DNA of 32,080 bases from Catajapyx aquilonaris. Lineage: Eukaryota. Below are positions 10,341 through 20,500 of this stretch, in pieces (positions within the stretch are counted from its first letter, which is position 1; each line of letters starts with the position of its first letter). The stretch spans positions 1 through 32,080 of the forward strand of contig KZ539320.1 of the NCBI GenBank assembly GCA_000934665.2, written 5' to 3'. The translations under genes and the position numbers were made by a program. The notes under the pieces are model-generated. The model saw only the letters and a list, made by a program, of their open reading frames with translations. It did not search any database and was not told the DNA's origin.

Positions 10341-11270
10341 GTGAGTGGGCACATTTCTGGGGCGAAATGAGCGCATGCCGTCTGCGCAGGGGGCGTGGTA
10401 TGCGCAGATTGTGTGCGCATATTCTCGAAATATCAATGCATCTTCAATTAATTAACACAATGCGGTCCGGGTGTCTATTTGCTGGGGTCTCCAGTCTGGA
10501 AGTTAGTTCTAGACAGCCGTGGTAACGTAATAACCGGCCTTGTTTTTCTTGGAGCATGCCAAGGATGTTTGTTATTGAGACAGGGCTATAGGTAGAAAGT
10601 ATCGTTCAAAGTTTATCTTTACCCCCGCGGAACAATCAATGGGGGCGCGTCGGGTTAAATAACTGCCGGGACTTGTATACCAAGCTGTCAATAATCCTGG
10701 AGAACCGCATCATTAGGTGATACTTCAGAAAAAGGTAGGTGGGTTAGCCAATCTTGAGCTCAAGTTTAGGTCAACCCACCCACGGAAATTTGCGATACCG
10801 AATTCACCTTAATTGACCCACCAAAATAGGAGGAATAACAAACGACCAAAAAAAGCTGGGAAAATCCCAATACTCGGACAAACCTTCATAAAGATTGCAC
10901 GACGTCAGTTTGGAACAGTTTTGTCATCCGAAATCGATGGAAGGTTATTGTACGTGCCTTTTTTTGTCCCCACCCCCTCAGAACCACCATTTCTTTTCCT
11001 GTCCCCGTCGTAACGTAATGCATCCTTTCATGCCCTGTCGTCCGTTTGTCGCGTGATTGTACCTGTGTCAGAAGAAGATATAGCATGTGATTAGCTTCAT
11101 GGGGTGAGTTATGGGAGTCGACAGTATTGGTTATGAGATACAGGCGGTTCTGCGCACCTATTCGTACTGCGCACAGGTTCTGCGCAGAACGTTTGCGCTC
11201 CACTTCTGCGCAGCATTCGCGCGAAATTCAAACTGTTCTTATGGCCATATGTGCCATCTTTTCTCTTCAG

Positions 11271-11453
11271 GTGACGGTAGATGGCCGGACCCAGTACCTG
11301 AGCGCCGTGTGTATGGGTTGCTTGGAAGGTTGGAATGTGGCGGTGACCTGCCGGTTCTGCCAGACCCGTTGGGACGGCTCATCTCTCGTCCTAGGAACCA
11401 TGTATTCGTACGACATCTTTGCTGCAACTCCCTGCTGCATTGAAAGACTGAAG
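11271..11453 (+). CDS. hdc: headcase homologue, coding exon 4
   Basis: Acceptor ttctcttcag| and donor AAG|gtgaga; 183 nt, phase 0-0. Reads VTVDGRTQYLSAVCMGCLEG...CRFC..RWDGSSLVLGTMYSYDIFAATPCC, with the conserved LGTMYSYDIFAA motif. Confidence 0.95.
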
Positions 11454-11961
11454 GTGAGAGAGATCCCAATGTGCATGTCTGATAAGTACACCACATGAAT
11501 AATAGATGCAACTCGGTTTTAATACCGTCTGGGCTAGCAATGAGACTATAGTCATGTAATATTGATCAGGGGGGTAGGAAAGTAGCTGCTAATGAGTATA
11601 CAAGGTGTGCCAAAAATGTTTGTAGATTTTATTCTGAAGGTATTTTTGGTAGCTGACAATACTGTGGACGGTGAACTATAGACGCGGGCTGTGCAATCGA
11701 TTAACCGGGCGACCCTGCCAGGAGTCAAGGTCATGCAAGGTTATGCGAAATTTAACCAGGAATCAGAGCTTGCCACATCACAGAAGCACACAAAAAAAAT
11801 ACCGTACCTGTCAGTATTGATCAGATCCGTTTTTTTTAAAGCTTGTGACTGGGCACGACCTACTTTCTAACGACGCCTAACTCACTGTGACACACCTTAA
11901 TTAATAATGTCATTTCGTATCGCCACAATTTTTTGATGTTTTTTTTTGGTGTCATTTTTAG

Positions 11962-12135
11962 TGCAATAGCTGCATGCGTTTGGTGGTGCCCTCTGAGCAT
12001 CGTTTGGCCTTCTTCTCGGACTACAGTCGTGCCAGCGGATGCCCGCAATGCGGACAGGTGGACTACCATTTTGTCAAACAATTGTCCAGCTACCGTCGGA
12101 GAGATGCCATCCAAAACAGTCCACGGTGGTGCTAA
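11962..12135 (+). CDS. hdc: headcase homologue, terminal coding exon 5
   Basis: Acceptor gtcatttttag|. Reads CNSCMRLVVPSEHRLAFFSDYSRASGCPQCGQVDYHFVKQLSSYRRRDAIQNSPRWC, then TAA at 12133-12135. Contains the conserved CxxC..FSDYS..CPxC..DYHFVK ending. Total spliced CDS is 1341 nt in frame. Confidence 0.93.
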   Translation, partial: CNSCMRLVVPSEHRLAFFSDYSRASGCPQCGQVDYHFVKQLSSYRRRDAIQNSPRWC

Positions 12136-15100
12136 TGCAGGGGAAGTCTAGCCCCCCCGATTTTGAAAGATTTAAAAGAAGATGAGGCGCCAATAGGAGG
12201 TAGCGGGGGGACCAAATTCTGGGATCCTCCAAAATTTTATGAGGGTCAAAAAAGGTCAATTTGATTTAAGAAATTTGAACAAAATTTGCAACATTTGTTT
12301 CTAATTGTGTGTGTGTGTAATGGATCCCAGCCAATTTGGAGCTCCTGAGTTGTGTTGTGTTTTTTTTGATTGATTGATTGATTGGAAAAAGAATAGGGAG
12401 AAAAAGTTTTTATTCAGCAATTCTGTGGAAGACTGACTAGGGTATTATAGTTTTCTACTGGTAGTCCTCCAAATGGTACAAATCCTTTTTCTTCAAGTGT
12501 CCCGCCTTTTTTTTAGTTCTTCGACCTTTGGTTGTTTCAAAAGGGACACTCTCAACCACATTATAAGGGAGCAAATACCGAGAGTTTTATGTTCATCATT
12601 TTTTTTCTGGGGAAAAAAATGTAAGTTTTTATCTCATCACGGCAGGGCAGTGCCAGAGGCGCCATTTTTTTCTGGTTTATGTGTTTTGTGTTTATGTGCA
12701 CTTATGTATGGTTACAGGGTACCGAGAGTCAAACCGACCGTACGTAAGTCCACATATCAAGTGTTGTTCACCATTGTTCTTGAAAAGTTGCAAACCATGG
12801 AAGCTGATTAGTTAAATTTTTTTTCTTTCTCCAAGTAATTATTTAACTGAAAAGTGTATACAGAATTGCATAAATCAACCGGATTATTCCTACCCTCCCC
12901 ATCCCGTATTTAAAAAAAATGTCATTCAGCTAAAATAATGGCTCGCGGGATTCTACTATGTGTAAGGAAGTTTCTGATTAATTTTTAGGCAGCGGGGGAA
13001 AAAAAATTTTGACAGCGGAATTGTTAAAGGGCTGGAAATATCAGTACCTGTTAAAAATTCAGGAATTTGCATGCTACTTCGGCCTGTTTATATGTGCTTG
13101 TGATAAAGTGACACACCCGCACGGTTGTGGCTTGAAACACTATTAAAAAAAAAAAAGATGGCCTCTGTGCTGGGCTGCCTTTAAAGGAGGACACTTTTCG
13201 ATAGTCGGCACGAACCGCGGAACAAAACATACAACTAAAACGTCCCGAATATCAAAATAAGAAGAAGAGAGGCCTCCATCTTGTGCCTATAAAAAAGTGT
13301 ACGCAATGCAATCGTCACTATTGGTTGAAAATCTTTATTTGTCCTATTGGTTGAAAAGTAGTGTGGGTGAAGCTGATTGGGCTGATCTCAGTGCTACTCT
13401 TATTGGTTGAAAGCGTGTGGCTTTGATGCTTCATTGGCTTATCTCTAATATTGGTTTGAAAGCGGTTTTTTTGATCTCATTTCCACCGAATTTAAGTATA
13501 CAACGAATGGGTTTTTAAAGTGGTCTCTTCAGCAACTAACAAGCGGCAACATTGCCACCTCGGGAAGGGGGGGGGGGGGTGTTTAGTGCCAGGAAGTTGA
13601 CAAGGTAATGAGCATGCAACCGGATCTCGATATGTATAGCCTATAACCCAACTGATAGTGACCTCCCCTCACTATGAGAATTTAAAAAAAAGGGGGGTGA
13701 CCTTGCCCCGTATTTGGGATGGGGTCAATCATCCTGTGATGGGGAGGTATTGCTGGCCATCACGATCGATCAAAGTGTCAACAATTCGCCGTTTAAATGA
13801 GCGTCAAAAATATTCTGAAAAAAATTGGATTTGGCTTGCATTTTTGCAGAAAATGGGTTTTAAGACCGCAAAATTTTCTTCTTGAAATACTTGCGCAGGC
13901 GGGAAAATTTTCAATCGCTTTTTCAATAGTGCCATTTTATATGGGACGGTATTAAAGAGCATGAGGGAGGAAAAATTTATTCTAGCGAAAAATTAGCATT
14001 CTTGTGCGAAATTACCATTGTTGATGGTGATTGATTGCGACTTTTTTAAATTAAAAAAAAAAAATCGAAATGACCAATCAGAACTGGCCGATGCCAAACG
14101 TTGCGGTTTCCTCCCCCGTTTTTAAAAGACTGGTTTTTATTTTTTAGCGATGTGCAGAGAGTTCATTGTTGCCAAGCCACCTCTCTTTTTATATAAGCAA
14201 AATTTATATCTCCCGCCACATCCTATGGCCTTGAATTGTTGCCAACTGTTAGGAGNGGGGGTGTCAAACGAACAGAGGTTGCTTGGCATATATTTTTTTG
14301 CATTAAACTTAAGTACAAATTAGCGTAAGGTGTGGCGTGTTGGACGCGGACGGTTTCTCGTAAAACTCGGTTTTATGGGCGCAACAGCCGGTATGACAAC
14401 TAAAAAAAACTACGGTACGCCTCCAACACGACCCAGGTCGAAGGTCACTGCAGCCTTGGCAACGCCGTGACCAGACGCCTCCCAAGAGAGCAGCCATATT
14501 TTTATAATAAAATTTACTGCACATGCACACCAAAAAAATTGATATGAAAAAAATGGGCAACTAGACCTTATGAATCAGTGGCACGCACTAGGGTTATTGA
14601 GAAGGCTTTAGCAGTGATTAGCGTAGATTTCCCCAGGGTGTTGGTGATCTTTTTGCACGTGACAAATGGCGAAGATAATTACTTCATTGCAATGTTGCCT
14701 GGTAAGATATGGAGACACAAATTTTAATAATTTTTTAAAAAAAGCTTCTAAGAAATCATGCTATCAAGTTTTCAAAAAAAAAAAAAAATCATGGAGCGTT
14801 TCTATTCATGGAAATTCTACCTCTATAAAATTGATCGAGAGCACTCGTAAAGTTTCAAGAGTTATGCCAGAACCGGCGGCTTCAAATTTCATTACATCAA
14901 GCTGCTACCACACTTTTTAAATATTTTTTTATTATTTCATCTCAAAAATTTTCGGAAATGTTTTCAAGTAGGTGCTTGTGTGTACCTCCAGGACTAGTTG
15001 TAGCCATGGTAAGGAATGTTCCCAACTTTACCAATTGATTAGGAGAGCAATGCAGTAATTATCCTTCGCTTAATGCTTCTAGTGCTTTTGCCCTTCATCA

Positions 15101-15905
15101 AAATATGCCGTTACATTTTGGGGAGGAAGAGATTATGAAATGGATATTTTTTAAAAAAACAGAGGAGGTTGAGTAGTGCGCGCATCACTGCTTTGCGAGT
15201 CTGTGATCTACTTAGATCTACTTAGTTACGACGTAGTTGCGATCAAGACTGAGTTCTGAAGAGATAGCGCTGTACAAATAGCAATGATTATTTACGAGTA
15301 AACTGTGTAGTGATGTGAAGAATTGTTGTAAGTAGGGTTGTACACTCGAGTGTTTACTGGACAGTTTGTTTTGGAGTAGGGAAAAAACCAGATGTACAAC
15401 CAGTTCAAGTAGTGAGCGGTCAAGTGCTAACCGCAATAGAAGGGGTGGGCAGCAAATGGAAGGCTTTAAATCCGATCAGTTGGATCGACTCAAATTAACA
15501 GAAAATTTGTTTTCATCTAATTAATATTAATAAAATTTTGCAATTAATGAGATTATCAGTTTTCACCAGCCAATAGCCCCTTTCGTAAAAACCAATTATG
15601 TTGCTTTCGACACCCCTTGTATTACGAGTCTATTGTTACCAAAGATTGTTGGCCTGGGCTATTCATATAGCAGTGAAAATCAGATGGATATATAGTCAGT
15701 TCAAGTTCAAAGGCCCTGTTACATAACTAAGCGTACAAGACAGGTTTCACCACACAATTCCAAAACGCCTTTCAGGTCTTCATTATGTAATAGCACAAAG
15801 GGAGGCTTTAACGTACAAATTTCCTTATTAGGTAATTGTTTCCGATAATTAATAGCATGGAGTGTTTTTTTTTAATTATCAAAAATGATCCAGAGCCTAA
15901 AGAGT

Positions 15906-16492
15906 TAGCAATTGACTGCTCTTCAGAATCACTATGTACGTATTTTAAACCCGATATTGATGTCAATTAAGGCAAATAGTTGCCTCAATTCGAGAAGTGC
16001 ACATAATTGTCGTCACTAAAGGATCAACCTAAAAAGCAAGTGCAGATCCGCTCACTTGCAGCAGGATTGCACTTGCAATGTACATAATATGAGCGTCATA
16101 GTCTAGCAATTGACTGCTCTTCAGTATAACTATGTACGTGTTTTAAACCCCATATTGATGTCAATTAAGGCAAATCGTTGCCTGAACTAAGGCAAATGCG
16201 CATAAAGGATTAAGAACCACAAAAAAACAAGTGCAGATCCGCTCACTTGCAGCATGGATTGCACTTGTAATGTACATAATATGAGCATCATAGTCTAGCT
16301 GACTGCTCTTCAATGTAACTATGTATGTATTTTAAACCCCATATTGATGTCAATTAAGGCAAATAGTTACCTCAACTCGACAAGTGATCATCTACGAGTA
16401 AAGGATTAAGAAGCACTGCAAAGAATAAGTGCAGATTCGCTCACTTGCAGCAGGATTGCACTTGCAATGTACATAATACTAGCGTCATAGTC
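15906..16492. repeat. Tandem repeat, 3 units of 198, 192 and 197 bp
   Basis: Units start at 15906, 16104 and 16296 (TAGC..TGACTGCTCTTCA...TCATAGTC). The ends are conserved and the middle is divergent. Confidence 0.92.
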
Positions 16493-17414
16493 TATCCCCA
16501 TATCTTAATCTGTAGTTATCCATGCACATAACCTCATATTGATCCCATAATTTTGGCGAAGCAGGTTTCAACCTCCAAAACCGGTTTATGCAAAACCTCT
16601 CTCGACCCTGTTTACTCTCTAGAAACCAGCTATACAGGGGTAAGGTCTCCTGCAGAAATGAGTCCATCATATTGCTTCAATTCCCTTCAATTTCCCGGAG
16701 AGAGAGAGATGGAGATAATCCGGTATCTGATTGGAAGGAAGGGATCCCCTCCGTATTATGCCCGGAGTGGCATGAAAGGCGAAAGTCCGGTCCTATACTA
16801 AGCTCGCCAATCTGAAATAAAATCTTGGCTGCAGAAAGTTTAATATAATTTTTTAGAATCAATTTTGACGCTGATAAATGTAACGTTGCTAATTTAGCTG
16901 TGTACAAATCAAAATATTAGGTTAAAGTAGCAGCTAATAATTGTCTTTTTTAAAATATTAAATTTTGTGGGATTTTTGCACTTGAGGGGTTTGAACATCG
17001 CATCGGTTGAAACTGGCTTTAAGAAGTGGGGTTGTAAGACTTGTAACTATAGGCGTGGTGAAAATGTTGTCAGGGGAGTCATCTCGGTAGTTGGCGAGCT
17101 AATGGAGAGGACTTGGCTATCGGCCACGGATTAAGCGTCTCTTGTCTGGACCTATTCTGTGCCAGAAATAAGTCGACCCCAAGAGGGAAAAGAAAACTTT
17201 TTGTTCCGGACTTGAGCTGGGCTTATACTTTTTTTGGTTGCTATGGCAGACAAAAAAATATATGATTTGTTCCGATTCAGGCAGGGAACTGTCCTATTTT
17301 TATTTTTTGGGGGGGAAAATATTCTGTAATTTTTTTTTGTGAAAGATAAGAAAAAAAAAGTATAAGGTCAGTTAATACAGTACCGTAAACGTTCAGGCGC
17401 CATTTAAAAAAATT

Positions 17415-17556
17415 CCACGTGTAAGATCCTGATTGGATAACAAGTTCCACGTGGGACATGCTGATTAGCTGTCACATTACACGTGTAAGCTTCTGATTGG
17501 CTGCCATATTACACGTGTAAGGTGCTGATTGGACCCACGTGGAGAGCGCTGATTAG
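17415..17556. repeat. Degenerate 32-bp tandem array of CACGTG + ATTGG/ATTAG modules (5 copies)
   Basis: CACGTG at 17416, 17448, 17480, 17512 and 17536, each followed by CTGATT(G/A)G at a fixed distance. Confidence 0.85.
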
Positions 17557-20500
17557 ATCACAAAATGTGCGGAAAATGACGTCAACTTTTTTTTGTACCT
17601 GACTCTGATATGACTTTTATCGCCGTGTACTTAGCATTATTTTGCTGGATTTTCCTCGCATTATGCCACTTAAAACGAGAGCAAAAGTAAAGGCTGCGAG
17701 GAGAATATTATTGAGCATACATGCTGAGTATATGTATACACACGGGCGTCTTTAATAAAAGGCGAGTAATAATTCACAATGTTTCCTCGCTCGCCACGTG
17801 TTTAGGAGCCAATTTAGTAATCATGCCTTTCCTTTCTCGCTATACAGTATAACAGGCGAGCGAGAATCGATAAAATGAGCTGCTGGGAAAAGCATGCATT
17901 CCAAAGGCAGAGAATTTTCGCGATCATTTATTCAGATTGTTGCCTCAGCTCTAAGTTGCCCATTTTTGATGTCGAAAAAAAATATATATATATGAAAAGA
18001 CAGTAGTTTGTAAGTGTATATGTGCCATTTAAACGAGAGGAAATATTACCATAAACGCACATTTTGGGCCTGATTGTATCAACTCAAGTTAGAAAATCTA
18101 TTGATTTTTGGGCTTAATTTGCGTTCATACAACTAGGCCTTTATTATTGCTGTATTTTTGCTTCAAAATTTGTTTTTTCCGTGTATGATATATTTACTAC
18201 CGTAATTCATCTGCTATGAGTGTAGCTGTTAACCAATTAGCTGTTAAGGAGAACGAATTATTGCAGGTTGATTGGGTCCTATAAACAAGTAAAGTTTGTA
18301 CAGGCTACAGCGATATCTACAGCTTGTGTGCACTTGGGTGTTTGCAAGCACCGAAAAAGTGTTTGCGTTTGCCCGTGTGTATTGCAAGTTCTTTTCTGCT
18401 TTTCGTGGTTCGACCAAACATTGGTGTCTATGTTGTATCCACTTGCACAATTTATATTGGAAATTAAATTTGCTGTATAACGTTGGTATGCTTATAGTTG
18501 GGGAATTTTCATCTACTTAATGTATGTTAATTTTTTAAATGTCTGGGTGATGTGGGGTGGTTTTTTGTGGTAATACGACGTACCTGACAAATTTTTTAAT
18601 AAATGTTGGTGACATATGTCGACATGAGGATAGACCATAGTTAATGTAAGTAGTTGTACTGTACAATGTTCCAAATTTACCTTCTGATTGTTTGTAATAA
18701 TGGCAACAGCAGTGAGGTAATTAGGAACATTTACAAATAGTATATGTGTAGGTAGATATATATTCCGTATTTTCCTGTAATTTCGGCTTCAGTTCCACAA
18801 TATTCCCTGCAATTGGTTCATTGATAACTAATTTTTTATTTTCCAAAATTCAGGTAGTACATCACTATTTGCATGATGGGGGCATGGAACTAAAGCCTAT
18901 ATAGATAAGTACAAATCTGCGTAGATATATATCCTACATGCAGAATTTTCTAGCTTTGGTGTGACTTCACCTACGTGACGTCAGACCAAGGTTAGAGAAA
19001 CCTAGTTGTAATCACTGTGCGTACCCATGTCGTTCTGTATGTTTAAAAAAAAATCAAATCATCAGTACAAGAGCACTCAACAAGTAGTGTGTCAACATTT
19101 AGTAGTACCATAGTCGCTTCTTGTACACGCTATTGGTTAGTCCCTATAATAAATTTTGGGTCATTTAGCCGCGCGGTGTTTTAGTGAAACACTAGACAAA
19201 GCTACCGTAACCTGAACGAAGCGGTATCTATCCGTGGGAAACGTGGAAAAAAAAATATGTCGAATGCTCCATGCATTCCTATATAAATGTGTCAACAAAA
19301 GAACAAAAGACAAAAGACTGAATAACTACAAATGTGATCTTTATAGAGTCTCGTGGTACCTGATCTCCTCAGATACAGGTTTATGTTTCTCCATGTGTCG
19401 TTTACGTTCCGTGTGTTTCTGTTCTCTATATAAATGTTTGGTGGCTACTTCGGGAGATAAACAGTACGTTAATTGGCTAAAAATGAGCAACCGGTATACT
19501 ATACAAGGAAGGGAGGAGGATTTGAGCAGGAGTTTTTTCCCTTCGAAAAACCCCAGGACCTCGGCAGGAAATTGCAAACTTTGTGCCATTTTCTTGCTGG
19601 GAGAGAAAAGAGCCACACACAATTTTCGAGGCAGCTGAAGCGAAACGTCGTCCTTGCGGGTCGCGCTGCAGGGGAGCCAGAACCAATTAAACTGCTCTTC
19701 CGAACCTCCCCATGCGTCTGGCTACACTGGCGCGTCCCTCCGACTTTTGACCCTTAACTGAAATTACGAAAAATCTCGAAAAATAAAATAAAATACGAAG
19801 AAATAATTCTAAAGTTGGTGCAGGCTCGATTGAAGTCGTATTCAAAATAAATAAAATAAAATAAAATAAAATAAGAAGTGTCATGGCCCGTAACAACTGT
19901 GTCGTCTTCGTGTCGTTTTTTTTTTGGGAATACAGGCTTTAAAGTACAAAGTAGGCGATAAGACTGAGGGAAAATTGCTTAACGGTTGGACCAAACATCT
20001 GAAGACATTAAAAACAACAATCAACCCTTAAGCCTTTTTCTCCATAACAGCACAACACATCACGACATCGTCATTAATCCAAAATTTATTCGACATATTT
20101 TTTTTTTGAATATCATAAGGCCTGCACTTGTGTAATTTGTAAACCATCCTTCACGAGCAGATTGTGTTTATAAAAATGATCTCTGCCACATGTTCGCAAT
20201 CGATTTGAAATGCTTCGCCCACCCCCCAACATCTCATACTTCATCCGACTTTTTAAATATTAAAATGAGAGGCGAAAGTCTGATAAATGGGTCATGCCTC
20301 TTTGTCACTTATCGACTTTATTATTCAATGATCGAGTCTTAATCGGGCCTGCACTAATTTTACGACTTCAGTGGACAAATCCCCGAAAGAATGTTTTTTT
20401 GTCGTCATTTGTTGTGTATAATCCACAGTCTCTTAGTAAATTTTGAGTGATTTTTACTATTTGCAAACGCACACTTAGCAGTCTTTTTTTTAGTGAAACA

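Noticed and set aside
11933..12151. 72-aa hydrophobic ORF in the track
   Set aside because: It is the wrong reading frame of hdc exon 5.
12133..12165. Possible read-through of the terminal TAA
   Set aside because: The context is TAA-T, only 9 codons follow before TGA, and there is no convincing downstream stem.
19200..19900. Cluster of overlapping ORFs and an LTR-like end (...GTAACA)
   Set aside because: There is no second LTR, primer-binding site or recognisable gag/pol motif.
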